64,000 bases of DNA from Octopus vulgaris (GCA_951406725.2 OX597817.1:22010001-22074000); one strand, 5' to 3'. Shown: positions 1 through 14,584, counted from the first letter of the stretch. Numbers and translations: made by a program. The notes: generated by a model from the sequence alone, not told the origin.

Positions 1-653
1 TTTTCCTTCGGTAACATGATCATACTAAGCGGTTGCTTAACGCTTCGTTTTTTAGCTGATTGCATGCTATGTTGGTGGTGGGGATTTCCAAGGAAGAATA
101 TATTATTCAACTGCCTGACTGAGTAAATGCAGTGGTTTGTCGCATGCGATACTATATAGGGAGGACTAGGCATATTATACATAATCCACTGCTCGCTTAG
201 ACATACGTAGGCTGTACTTTTCCTGAAAGCCACAGCAATGACTGACAATTTACACTGCGTGAGTGGGAGGGTTGTCTATGTTCTTTCGGTTGTGGGTGGC
301 TAATGCATGAAGCCAAGAAAGTTATTGATTCTACTGCTGAAGAAACGAGCACTTATATTACTGCACCAATTGCGTTTTGAAGTACTGCAGATATGCCTAT
401 GTACATGGGAGTGATTTATCAAGTCATGATAAAGCTTGTGTGGGTTGGGGTATAGAAACAAAAACACTTAAAGACGATAAAAGTTTATGCGAGATCATGT
501 TTAAGGATTGCTGTGTAAACGGTTATGAAAATGGTATTTATCAATGAGTGTGTGTGGTGTGTATTTAAATGTATACTTGTGCATTTATTGCGCATACATT
601 TGTCTAGCTACAACTGCAGTTGCAAATACATACATGCATATATATATATATGT

Positions 654-654
<1 letters not shown>

Positions 655-748
<94 letters not shown>
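655..748. repeat. (AGAT)n microsatellite
   Basis: Perfect tetranucleotide run. Confidence 0.97.
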
Positions 749-904
749 TGAAGAACACGATTATAGAATGATATGTATTTATTTATATATGCATTATCCG
801 CAATGCCGGTGCCATGAGGCTATGGGATATTAATGTACAGTATATTATAATGATTAATCATAAATGCACAAGCCACGATATGCGGTTAAAAAAAATCAGC
901 ATTG

Positions 905-1130
905 AGCCAATGAGGAAGCTTCTATGCAGCTGCCCGACCTACTAGTAATGGCAAGCAATTCTATTTCAAATTACATACCATTTGCTTAAAATGTAAGGAC
1001 ATCTTGAACATTGTTGTTCTGATAATTAAGAAGACATTAGACAATAAATGCAATGTAGATATAAAAGCCGGATAGAAACGACTATTATGCTTTGATCATT
1101 GATCAGAGCGTACTTGTGAATAAACAAAAA
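905..1130 (+). repeat. Old, highly diverged interspersed repeat; related copies near 4480-4705(-), 7600-8055(+), 23900-24100(-), 29395-29620(-), 30090-30270(+), 31280-31440(+), 32450-32625(+), 49990-50150(-), 55200-55400(+)
   Basis: Recurring degenerate motifs CTAGAAATAGCAGCCAAATCT...GTCTTAAAA...GACACATTGGATAATG...CTTTGATCA...TAAACAAC across the window. Class not determined. Confidence 0.55.
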
Positions 1131-1983
1131 ACATTATAAAATTGATTGCAAGGGGTTTAGAGGGAAAATATATAGAGTCAGCACCTCGACGCTTCTGCAA
1201 CTCTTCTGTCTTCTTATATATCACAAGATCAAATATTTGTATAGTGTGATATGTGTATGGTGTGATGTGTGTGTGTTTAGAAAGCTAAATAAGAGACTGA
1301 TTGGTTAAGAATAGAAGATGGGGGAATATTTAGCTAAAGATGAAAGAGACAGAAAAGCACTCCATGACGTTATCTGATGAAAAGAGAACATAAAATATCA
1401 TGTGACCAGCAAGAAGTATTGTACTGGTGAGATATAAGTTATAAATTTCGATTTCTTGTTGATGTTCTTACAACATAAACAGCCTTTTAGAAAATCATTT
1501 ATTATTGGTGCATAGTTGATAAAGTTCATAATGACACTGCTACATATTTAGCATACATATGAAATTTTGGCTAATATACGTTAATTCTGACTTATAACAA
1601 CGTGATAGTAATTAATTAGTTCGAACTAATAACCAGAACTGAGTTAAAAAAAACCATAAAAGTACCTGATTTAAGAAGCTTCGTAGTGATAGTTGCTATT
1701 AATACAAGTTCACTGAGGGCATTAGAAAGTGAAGTAAACGGTTGTTGATGAGATTCTAATGGCGATTCAAACTATACTAGACAATACGCTGGTGTTTCTG
1801 TCAGCGGTGGAATTGCATAAACAAAAGCAGACGTCTATTATCGTTCAGCGTTCTTATTTAATTATAAAAAAGTATTCACACTCGATTCCGGTTCATATCT
1901 ATAAGTTTATTTTTGTATATGCTAACATAGAAGGAAAAAAAAACGGACAGTATCAATGCGTCAGTAATAATATGTGCGCATGA

Positions 1984-2192
1984 AAAGCGGTGAGCTGGCT
2001 GAATCGTTATCACATAGGACAAAATGATTAGTGGCAATTCGTCCGTTTTTTGCGCTCTGAGTTCAAATTCCGCCGAGGTCGACTTTGCCATTCATCCATT
2101 CGGTGTCAATAAAACGAGTATCATTCAAGCCCTGGAATCGATCTAATCGACTTACGCCTCCCCCAAAATTTGTGGCCTCGTACCAAAATTTA
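1984..2192 (+). mobile_element. tRNA-derived SINE, family A, older subfamily
   Basis: Head AAGCGGTGAGCTGGCTGAATCGTT, box B-like GAGTTCAAATTCC and central GTCGACTTTGCCATTCATCC; homologous to 31788-32020. Confidence 0.85.
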
Positions 2193-3153
2193 AAACCAAT
2201 ATATATCTCTGCATACGCACACACACAAAAGAGATGTATATATGTCTGTACACTCGTACATAATAACGGACAAGCACGTATCTACAAAAGTCCGTAATCA
2301 TGCTGAGGAATTATTTAGCAGCTTCCAAAACTGTATTACTTCAGAATGATTAAACTGAGACCGAACACAAATATCCAATATCCCATGATATCTACGCCAG
2401 GAATTACATTTATTTTTTGTCCATCTCTCTAAAGTCAATTCGTTTTATATTTTTAAATTTCTTTCCCCAATACAGTCACCCATATGTAATCAAGGTTGTT
2501 ATGTTATATTATTCCTGGCATCTTTTAGTTTGACATCATACAAGTAATTTTCCTCCTCAGCAACAGTTGTTAATCTCTTTGTGTACAAAACTGAGTCTCT
2601 CTGCCGGCCTATGTCATTATTTATGCATGCTTAGAGCATAGATGTTCCGATATTAGTTTGTGTATGAGTATATACATATGTGTGTGTGTCGTGTGCGAAT
2701 CTATGTAGATTTGTGAATGTCTGAGCGATGTGCGTATAGATGTAACTATCCCTATTTCGTGACTAAGTAGAACTAAATTAAACTATCTCGGATGTCAGAC
2801 TGTTTATTTTTGTATATATATTTTATTGAAATTGTCCAGTCTGAAGAGACAATGGTGTGCGCAGTTTTGTTAATTCATCGGAAAGTTTTCTTATTTTTCA
2901 GACATTTGCTTTTGATTTTTTATTTGAATTATATATTTCAGTAGCGTCATATATTATTACTGTATATAAATATATAAAAAACTAGCATTAAGAGGATAGA
3001 TATCAAATTTTCTTCTTCTTCTTTATTTTCATTTATTGCCTGAAATCTTATTTTATATCACAACTTGGAATAATATTTTGTTGGTTTGCTACAGGGGGGA
3101 TAATCACTGTTTCTAGCAGCTCGAGTGACTAGTGTGAAAGTAGTAACTGTACG

Positions 3154-3156
<3 letters not shown>

Positions 3157-3207
<51 letters not shown>

Positions 3208-3340
3208 TATATACATGTGAATATATATACATATATTATATGTTTGTATATATATACACACATATATATACATGCATACATATATATATGTGTATATGTA
3301 TATATATATATATATGTATATACATATATGTGTGTGTATG

Positions 3341-3387
<47 letters not shown>

Positions 3388-3515
3388 ATGTGTGTGTGTG
3401 TGTGTATGTGTGTATATACATGTAGCACGAGAGACAGACAGACAGGCAGAGACAAAACGGGAGAGATGCATGTATGTATGTATATATGTATGTATGTATG
3501 AGTATACATACATAC
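3157..3515. repeat. Compound (TA)n/(TG)n/(TATG)n microsatellite
   Basis: Direct reading; source of several spurious ORFs. Confidence 0.95.
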
Positions 3516-6500
3516 AGATGCGATGGTTGATAATGTCAACATTTATAAGATTCAATAATGCTAATGTCATGCATAAAGTTTACACTTTTCTGATGATTTG
3601 ACAATATAAGTCTTCTGTACTTTGCGTTATGTAACTAATCATCACCCTATGTTATTGAAAGCTGGTATAAACAATCTCTCGTGGTTTGTTTCATATCCCA
3701 TATATGTTCAACTCCTTGTTATACGACGAAGTTCCTTGACTACTGGAGATCCGTTATAACAATTACCGTACTGGTGATACCTATTGAGGCAGTAACAAAT
3801 GTTCACGACTGTTTTCTTTTATCCAGACAATGAGCCCGTCCTTTTCTTTAAAGACATGTCAACGTTTGAGAATTATTAACTTTCGGGTTTATCTTTCCTT
3901 TACATATATAGTTCGTCTTAATTGCCATTTGGTAATTATGTCATACTCTACTGAAGCAGAGATAACCTTGTTAAATCAACAATTTATGTTGTGTGGTATT
4001 TGCTATTCTTTGCATTTTTTTATATATGTATGTGTGAGAAAGTGAGAAAAAGAGAGCGAGAGAGAGAGAGAAAGTGACAGAGAGCAAATGAGAATGTTTC
4101 CCCTCCATTGTGCAACGCGTATTTGCATTAACATCCGGTGATATTGTACTCAATAAGTAATGAACAGCTCGAAGCTAAGGTGAAGACATTTGTCAAAAGT
4201 ACTGGGTTTTAAGGGTGAACCAGAATTGACATAGTGTAAAGAAAACTCTTTTATCATACATTCAGGCTCTTTCATGTTTTTTGTATCAAAGTATATTCCC
4301 GAATAATTGTAGTCGTGCAACTTCTGTACGAATTCAATTTAAATGGCGGATATTTTCAGCAAGCGTTTCTATTGGTTGGATATTTGAGCCACGACATCCC
4401 TTAGATTTGTTTTCCTATTCTTTTCGTCTTACTAAAATAAAGAGTTTATGACGTATATAGTAGAATTACAACTAGTGTAGTTATTTAGCATCGCATTAGC
4501 CCTGATCGAGTAGACCCCGGATTAAAGACATTAATCCTTGATCATTCCGTTCTTTAGATGTTGCTTGGATTTCGTTAATACACCTACCCTTTCTTTAAAA
4601 ATAAACAAGTAAACAAACAAAAACATAGCACTGTGAGATTCGATGGAAAATTTGCTGTTATTTGTACCATGTCAAGTAACATATAAAATCTCCGTCATTG
4701 ACTCGAGTAGTACAAAGTAGAAACATATTTTATCTCACTCTTTATTTAGAACGTTTCAAATATTAACAGTTTTGAAGTGGACAGAAAATCATGCGCCGGT
4801 GTCAATGCTTATTGAAATATTTTAAAAAGAGTTCTGTTCGAAGCGTCAGAATTTGCTTCATTTCGCACTACACGCATTTATGTCATTTGAAAAAATTTCA
4901 CTCTTTGCTTTGCTTCTTTTATTGAAATTCACTCTTTTATGTATGACACTGTACGAGGCTGATAGAAGTAACATCATGATATTTCTTTTAACTCTGATTT
5001 AATTCTATTTATTTATTTTTTTTCCTTTGTAGTATTTTATAGTTAGCTCTGTTATCGTGACACTTGAGCAATTGTTTTCAATACGTCCCCATTTATATTT
5101 GATCAGTGAAGAGGTAAAAAAAACAAACTGAACCTGTTTTTTAACCATTTATTACCGCCACCGAATCATGTGACACTTCACTAAATTAATGTTTAAACGT
5201 ATTGATTTTTGTCGTTCCCAAGAAGTGGATATTTTTGTGCATTTAAATCTAAGGGTTTGTTTTCTTTAATTTTGGAAGGTACAGCTGTCAAATAACAGGC
5301 AGTTTCCATGAGGACATCTATGAGGTAAATTAGCCTCAGATAAGATGCCTTATCGTCCAATAGTATCTGAGACTAACCAAGGCGGTTTTAGAGAGAGAAA
5401 TAAAATGTTGTTATTCATAAATACGTAAATGGAGTTGTAGACATAATTCGTCGCCTGGTTTAATACCACCTGTCCTAGTGTGCATTTTGTAGGATTCTTT
5501 CTGTTGGACACACTCTGTAAAGACAGCTTCCATTCTTCAAGCGAGCTATAATCCCCAGGAATATAATGAAGGGTACTGATTGCTATATAAGAGAAATATA
5601 AAGAAATGCGCCTGCTACAAAATCTCTCTAACAGCGATACATCGTTCGATGCTTCATAATATATCAATATAAATAGTGAATATATCAATATATTATATCA
5701 ATATAAATATTTATTTTATTTTTGATGAGGCACAGAAACGGTGTTTTTACGGAAAAACTTAAGAGTTGAATAATCTCATATATACGGCTTATTCATATAC
5801 GTTGCATGTGCGGTGTCGACCAAGTATCAAACTTTGGTCGAAGTTCGGCAAAACTTAACGAACGTTTTGCTTTCTTAATGTTCTCAAAACATCATCAGAT
5901 TTATATCGGTTAGGTCTTTATCTCTTTATCGGTACGAAGCATTACTGCTGAGATTTATACAACAGTAAAATGTGTATTACAACTATAGAATCTTCGTATT
6001 TAATTGATAAGAAACAACAATCAGTAGAAAAAAGATAGAAACTTAATGTGTCAGGTTTGTTTTTCTATTTTATTTTTTCTATTTTTCTTTATATAGGAAG
6101 GATTTGCGCTAACCAGACGACGATGTTCTGTTTGGCGTACGCTATTCTTACATTAATCTGTATCACTTACTCTTCTTCGGTATATCTCAATTCAAAATGG
6201 CGGAATTCATGCGCACTGGATATTGGTTAGATACACCAGGAAGCTCGATGTAAATACATGTGAAAGTGTTGGGTGTAGTACGATCGATGGAAGATGTTGG
6301 GGAAGTTGTTCGCTAGTTGGTTAGATTGTGAATTTATGGGTAATCTGTGCGTTAGACCATTAAGTTAATTGTTTGACCGTTGTCAGGCAAGAAGCATCCT
6401 GTATCAGATGGACCGTTTATAGTAAGTTGTGCAGTCAAGCTTTTAATAAAAGAAAGAAATTATACAAAAACGAATAAGAGGGTAGTAAAATGGAGTGGAA

Positions 6501-6987
6501 GGGGGGGGGGACAAAGAGGAAATGATGGAAGCTCTTTTAAACAGGAAAAGAATTGTAATATCTGATAGCAATTTGCTTCAATAGGAGCGCATCTGCTTTC
6601 ACCTTCTGAACGAATGACCACACATAAAGTGGTTGTCACGAAAATCGAACTATATCTATCTACAAATAACCCTCGAGATACAATTCTATATATACATGCA
6701 TAGTAACGTGCAAACGCTGATGCACTAAATACAAATTCGCATACACACATATATACACGCTCAAACATTTTATATTGAATATACATGTGCACAAAATTAC
6801 ATACATACATGCATACATATATATATATACATATATATATATATATGTTTGCGTGTGTATATGTATGTGTGTATGTATATATACATATATATATATAATA
6901 TACTTACACACGTGCGAATGTGTGAATGTATATACATATACAAATATATGCATGTTTGTATATATACATATACTAACATGTGTGAGT

Positions 6988-7073
6988 ATAGATAGATAGG
7001 TAGATAGATAGATAGATAGATAGTTAGATAGATAGATAGATAGATAGATATATAGATAGACAGACAGACAGAC

Positions 7074-7158
<85 letters not shown>
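6988..7158. repeat. (AGAT)n/(AGAC)n microsatellite
   Basis: Direct reading. Confidence 0.97.
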
Positions 7159-7732
7159 TGTAAATATATCAGGCTTTATTCTTGACAACTCACACCGTAT
7201 GAATGACTTGGATTCGATAATTCTAATATTCACATAGATATACGTTTGTGTGTGAGTGTACACATGCAAGCCAACTTATTGAAAAACAAAAGAAGACGTT
7301 GGAATAAATAAGACTGGAAAACGGTGATTCCTGTTCTTACTTGGATGATTTAGAATATGGCATGCTATAACTTATTCGCTGGAAACTGTTTTTGCTTTTC
7401 ATTGTTTGCTGTTACTTTTTTTTATATTAGTTTCATTTTTCTGCTTGCATAAATTTAGATGAACAGCTCACGTGAACTTTCATTAAATCATTTATTTTTA
7501 TATATATAGTCTGTAACATTTATAAAATGTGCTATAGCTTCTTCTACTGCTGCTACTGCATCTGGTTTTCAAATATGCCAGTGAAAGTCTGGAATACACA
7601 AAGACGGAGTCTCTATATGACACATGAACTGTTAGAGATAGCAACCAAATCGCTCAGAATTACATTCTCTTAAAAATTATCACATTGGATATTGTAGTCC
7701 AAGATATACATTTCTCAGAAAATAAACTAGGT

Positions 7733-7900
7733 AATCATGTACGTTATTTACATTACTTACAATTGACGGATATTTGTCCTCATCTTGTTTGTTGTTAACA
7801 CAACGTTTCGGCTGATATACCCTCCAGCCTTCATCAGGGGTCTTGGGGAAATTTCGAACCTGGCTCCTCATTCCTAAGGTATTTTTCGCTGTTGCTATTG

Positions 7901-7939
<39 letters not shown>

Positions 7940-8011
7940 CCACTGCCTGGAATCGAACTCGGAATCTTGGGGTTGGTATCCAGCGCACTTAACCACTACA
8001 CCATATGCCGG
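7733..8011 (-). mobile_element. Solo PLE terminal repeat: tRNA-like head + (AAT)n + hammerhead
   Basis: Matches the terminal repeats of the PLE at 19070-20333 and both arms of 55400-56114. Minus-strand box A TGGTGTAGTGG and box B GAGTTCGATTCC. Interrupts a copy of the old repeat. Confidence 0.85.
7797..7842 (-). ncRNA. Minimal type-I hammerhead ribozyme motif
   Basis: Minus strand GACCC-CUGAUGA-A-GGCUG-gaggguauau-CAGCC-GAAA-CG-UU-GUGUU: intact core, stem II, palindromic stem III and one mismatch in stem I. Confidence 0.75.
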
Positions 8012-8092
8012 TAGTCATGGTTAGAATGCATTTCATACAACTTAAGTCTAAACAACCACGTGTGCTGCTTGGGCTACTATTGATCTTACTCT

Positions 8093-8285
8093 AATTTAGG
8101 TACAAGGCCTAAAATTTTGGGGGAAGGCATAGTCGATTATATCGACACCAGTTCTTATCCGGTTATTTACTTCATCGACAGCATAGGCATGAAATTCGAA
8201 ATATTTCCTGGTCAGATCATAGAGAGCTGGAAAAAATAATACAATGAACTTTAGCGGATGCTCTAGAGCTTCTTCCAATCCTCTG
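8093..8285 (-). mobile_element. Degenerate family A SINE (old tail)
   Basis: GGTACAAGGCCTAAAATTTTGGGGG...AGTCGATTATATCGAC is the reverse complement of the old-subfamily tail. Confidence 0.6.
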
Positions 8286-8719
8286 CTCTTGGTATCTAAT
8301 AATATTGCTGCCACACAACTGTCCATCAATATAGGCATACTACCTATTCTTACACATGAATAAGCATCTTATACATATTTTATACATAGGTTTTCATCCG
8401 TCTCCATGTCTCGAAGCGTATTACTACATAGCGTTACCTCTTTACCTTATCCATATTATGGAATGTTAAGTTCTTGTCAGTTGAATTATGCAAGGTTATT
8501 TAGTTTACTTAGGGGATTCATGTTCTAGGGTAATGTAATTTTCTATTCTACAGTTTCTCTTGTATAGATCCTCCTCTCCCTAACCTATTTGTTTTCCATC
8601 TGCAGGACACGGTTCTAAAACACAAGCTTTCTGCATTTGGATAGACCGCTTAATAAATCTCCCTTCAACTGTATTATACGTTCTAAAAAGAACACATTAG
8701 ATAGTATATTACATGCATT

Positions 8720-9046
8720 ATGGCTCAGTGGTTAGAGCGTCGAGCTTACGATCGTGAGGTTGTGAGCTCGAATCCCGGACCGGGCTACGTGTTGTGTTCT
8801 TGAGCAAGGCACTTTATTTCACGTTCCTCCAGTTCACTCAGCTGTAGAAATGAGCTGCGACGTCACTGGTGCCAAGCTGTATCGACCTTTGTCTTTCCCT
8901 TGGATAACACTGGTGGCGTGGAGAGGGGAGGCTGGTATGCATGGGCGACTGCTGGTCTTCCATAAACAACCTCGCCCGACTTGTGTCTAGGAGGGTAACT
9001 TTCGAGGTGCAATCCCATGGTCTGTGTCGTGACCGAAGGGAGTCTC
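8720..9046 (+). mobile_element. tRNA-derived CORE-type SINE
   Basis: Box A TGGCTCAGTGG, box B-like GAGCTCGAATCC, CORE-like TTGAGCAAGGCACTTTATTTCAC...CTCAGCTGTAGAAATGAG, then a LINE-like tail. Confidence 0.85.
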
Positions 9047-9815
9047 CGAATAACTGAATAGTAAAATGGATGATCATGGATGGAGCGCCTTTGATCAGAA
9101 ACCAGTTCAATCGGTGCAGATCACCGACTAATCAACAACTGGCGCTTATTTTATTGATTCCAATAGAAACTGAAAATAACTATTCTAATTACCATATTTC
9201 ATGCATTCGCTCGCTCAGTTAAATCAACCATTTCACCTTCCCTTATTCAATTACTAACAATATTTTATATAAGCAATTTTGATGTCTAAACATATTCAAG
9301 AGGCTGGAAATTTTGAAGAGGAGACAATTGTGAGACATACATAGATTTCGTTAACGATAGAAGCAGTTGAATATTACGTGAATGATTATCAAGTGGAAAC
9401 TGAAACCACCCTGCAGGCTCCAGTTATTCATGAGTGAACCATTATAATGCTTAACTAAAAGACTGAGATTTTTGTAGGACGGCGTTCAGCTGTTTTAATG
9501 TTTTGTGTTTGCGCCAGTGAATACGCTTAATTGAATATGTATGTGTGCGAGTTTGTTCGTGCTTGTGTGTGTTTGTGTATGTGCGTGTGGCGAGATGTGA
9601 TTGTGCATGTGTTGGAGTGACTTTATGTATGTGTTTGTGTCTTTTCGTGGCAGAGTCTGCGCATAGGCGTGGGTATTTCAATAGACAATCAAATTGAAGC
9701 TTATTCAAAACAATATTTTGTTTATTTGTCCGTGAACGGCACTAAACAATGGAATCCTGAGTCTCAGCCTCAAAAGACTATTAATGTATGTGTGTGTGTA
9801 AGTGTGTCTATGTAG

Positions 9816-9999
<184 letters not shown>

Positions 10000-10680
10000 A
10001 GTATACATACACACATGCACACACACACACGTTACGCATATGTACGCATATGCGCACACATGCACATGAAAAGAGAGAGAGAGAGTAAGTGAGAAATACT
10101 CATGGTTTTGTAACTAAATTACCACTGCAAAGTGTATATTGTCTTGGGTTGGGCATTAATCAGCTATGCTATATGAATTTATTTCCTATATTCATAAAAT
10201 ACAATTGAAAAGTTTAGTAGAATTTATTTCGGTTTATGTGATTCTTTTGTGCAGTTCTGGGGAAACGTTTTGTTTTTAGAAGATGATTCAGTAAAGGATA
10301 TAGATAATGCAAAATAAGCATCTATGCCTATTGTACACACACTCACACAAGTGTGTGCATACGTACAAACACACACGCACATATGTATGTATGCAGGTGT
10401 GTGCATATATTTATATAGGTGTGAGTGTGTACGCGTATGTGTGTGTGTGTGCATATATGCATCTATGTCAAGTAAACGTATTTATATACGAATATATTTA
10501 CATATATATGCATATACATATGTATGTATATATATATATGTACATATTTTTGTGCATATGTGTAGTTTATATAAGTATATATATATAAATATATATATAC
10601 ATATATATATATATAAGTGTATCTCTGAATGTGAATGGTTTATATATATATATAAAGGTATATATATATACGTATGTATG

Positions 10681-10810
<130 letters not shown>

Positions 10811-11068
10811 AAGAAAGGATAAATGGACGTATGAATATTTTGAAAGGTGTAGGTAGATAGACAATTATGAACATACACAGAGTTTGATATATGTGAAGAG
10901 AAAGGGGGAAGAAATGAGAGAGAAAGAGATAAATATTACTTTACTTGAACACAATATGTGTGATGAGAAATTTATTCCTTAAATGTCTAATAAAATACCG
11001 GTACTAATTCAATACTCATAGGAAGCCAGAAAATCTACGATCTGGCAAGCGTGTTATGAGAGAAAGTG

Positions 11069-11139
<71 letters not shown>

Positions 11140-11588
11140 TGAACCTGTGTGTGTACGTGTATGTGTGCACACGAGTGCGTATGTATGTAATTGAAAACAA
11201 ATAAGACTTAAAGTAATATCAAGCCACGTGATTGATGGCAAGAATGGCTGTTTTTTATTGCTGTTTTCCATCAGTACCGTTTGCGTCGCCACCAACATGT
11301 CTACAAAATGCTGGCAAATATCAACCCAATCTATGTTATATTCTAAACGATTCTCTTTACCGATTTTGGCACTTATTCTTTCTCTTGTCTAACATTTCAT
11401 GCGTCGGCATTCGTTCGGCACACAGTCGCGTAAACGGGATACATATAAACGCACACAAAATCGCGCGCGGACAGTGTGGTGCGCGTACACACACTAGGGC
11501 GCATACAGGCACGTGTACACACACACACACACACACACACACGCATACGGGCACACACATGCACACAGACATACATTCACACTCTCTT

Positions 11589-11650
<62 letters not shown>

Positions 11651-11991
11651 GCACACAAAACACATGTGCGCACACACAGAATCGAGCAGAAGTAGATGCT
11701 GAAAGAAAAAGGAACAAAAAGAAAATGGATGACATGAACATTTCAGATATATTCACGGATATATGCTTATGGGCGAGCACGTTTGATTGCGTAAGAATGG
11801 CTGTTGTAGGAGTCAGTGTAACAAATCTGCATGCATTTTCAGTGCCTCATCATGGCTACTCCTGTTACATTCTACCATGTATGGAGCCTCCCAACAAGTT
11901 CCACGATCTCTATCCATTGATCCACACACCCGTTTCTCCCACTGTAATATATACATACACGTATGCAATCGCTCAAAATACTGGAGATTAC

Positions 11992-12040
<49 letters not shown>

Positions 12041-12099
12041 GATAGAGAGAGAGAGATAGACAGATATACGGATAGACAGACAGATAGATAGATAGACAG

Positions 12100-12154
<55 letters not shown>

Positions 12155-12183
12155 GATTGATAGATAGATACATACATACATGC

Positions 12184-12213
<30 letters not shown>

Positions 12214-12214
<1 letters not shown>

Positions 12215-12554
12215 TGTTTCTTTATTAGCTACACAGGGCTGCACACAGATAGAACAAATTACAAGGTAGAGCTTTTCTTTTGAAGGGTAAAAAAAAAAAA
12301 AAAAAAAAGAAAGGGGGGAGTTTCGATCAAAAGGGATCGTAAAAGGAGAGAAAGAGGACAAAAAAGGGGGGTTAAAAAAAAAGGGGGAGAGGAAAAAAAA
12401 AATTGATCAATAGGGATCGTTATCACAGAAATGTCAATATGAAGTGTAAAGGGGAGGACAGGTGAGGTTTACCCGTGGAAAGAAAAGCCTACGGAAAAGA
12501 CCACGGTAACCTCGGTCAATGAAGTCACATTTTATATTTCTTGTTTTTTTTGGC

Positions 12555-12557
<3 letters not shown>
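12214..12557 (-). mobile_element. 3' UTR fragment of a LINE, probably the L1/Tx1-like family, inserted in (AGAT)n
   Basis: Minus strand ends ...TGTGTGCAGCCCTGTGTAGCTAATAAAGAAACAT followed by (ATCT)n, with AGAT arrays on both sides. The tail resembles 12707-12750(+), the 53305 end and the family A SINE tail. Confidence 0.6.
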
Positions 12558-12616
<59 letters not shown>

Positions 12617-13387
12617 GGATGGATAGATAGATAGTGCTTGACTTGGACCCTCAACAATCAGAGGTTGGTATGTGTGCCGCTGTGCCATACAGCGCATCTA
12701 GGGGCAGTCCCCTCTGTGTTCATCCCTGTGTAGCCAATAAAGAAAATTATATATAGTGGAGGCCTTTCCCCACGCGCCGCATATATCCATATACGTGTAT
12801 GTATGTATGTATGTATGTATGTATGTATGTATGTATGTATGTATGTATGTATGTATGTATGTATGTATGTATGTATGTATATTGCCACTGATTTATGCAG
12901 AGTCAGTGACTTTCAGTAGACCTAGACAGTATCACTGATCCCAGTACATGACTGGTGCTTTCTTTTATTGATACTAATTGGTAGAAAAGCAAAGCTGACG
13001 TCGGTAGTATTCAAATCTAGAATATAATACGCTGAGAAAAAATCACTTCGGGAGCCATTTTGATCAATGCCTCTAACGATTAATGCTTCTGCCTCCCCCT
13101 CCCCGCCCTCGATTCTACCAATCCATTATAAACACACATAAGTATACACAGATCAGTGGCTAAATTCTACTTAGTACTACTACCTTTGAGATAGAAAGAA
13201 CATAGTCCAGATTATTTGCAGGGGAAAAATTAATTATGAGGAATTGTTTGGAGAGCTATGGGAGAGAACGGAGCCGCTAAGGATGAGTCATTCCAACAAT
13301 GTATACATACACACGCCAATCAGAACAATATCTTGTTATTTGATGTATCATCAAAATATATTTCTCACACAACCGCACAACTCTCTT

Positions 13388-13418
<31 letters not shown>

Positions 13419-13528
13419 CGCAGGCGCAATCCGTCTCTCTCACAACATATAAATATATCAGTGTGTGTGCGTGTGTATATGTAGATGCGTGTGGGTCAAT
13501 GAACAAATATATATGTGTGTACATATAT

Positions 13529-13564
<36 letters not shown>

Positions 13565-13715
13565 GTGTTTAAATACGTATATACACACACACACACATAA
13601 CATATCCATATATGTAAATATTGTAACTGTGTAGGTAAGAAAAAAATTGTGGTTGCTTAATATATGGTCAAATATATCTTTAGAACTATGCAATTCTGGA
13701 AACAAAAACAACAAA

Positions 13716-13777
<62 letters not shown>

Positions 13778-13914
13778 ATATATCAGTCGCATTTATTATT
13801 TCTTTGTTACTGTTTTTGTAATCATTCCATTAATATGAATCTCATAGATACACACAAATGCACGCACACACAATACACGCACATACATACGTATATACAT
13901 ACAAATATACATAC

Positions 13915-13948
<34 letters not shown>

Positions 13949-13965
13949 ATACATATATATGTATA

Positions 13966-14024
<59 letters not shown>

Positions 14025-14211
14025 TGTATAAATATATATATATATTGGAAGATTGATGGATATCAAATGGGAAGAATAGGGAATGAATTTAAGCGGCAAA
14101 GAACGATTCAGTAAAGAATGGATAATGACCAACGAAATTGATACTGGACGAATAGATGAGAAAGAGAGAAAACAAATAAAATGTGCTTGATACAAAGAAA
14201 GTTGCGAATAT

Positions 14212-14212
<1 letters not shown>

Positions 14213-14270
<58 letters not shown>

Positions 14271-14328
14271 TAATAATAATAATAATATGATGATGATGAT
14301 GATAATAATAATAATAATAATAATAGTA

Positions 14329-14387
<59 letters not shown>

Positions 14388-14424
14388 AATAGTAATAATA
14401 ATAATAAAAATAGTAATAATAATA

Positions 14425-14471
<47 letters not shown>

Positions 14472-14517
14472 AATACTAATAGTAATAATAATAATAAAAA
14501 TAGTAATAATAATAGTA

Positions 14518-14584
<67 letters not shown>

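Noticed and set aside
4945-5110. Possible mariner-like terminal sequence (TACGAGGCTGAT...)
   Set aside because: Too degenerate; no matching second TIR or transposase motif identified.
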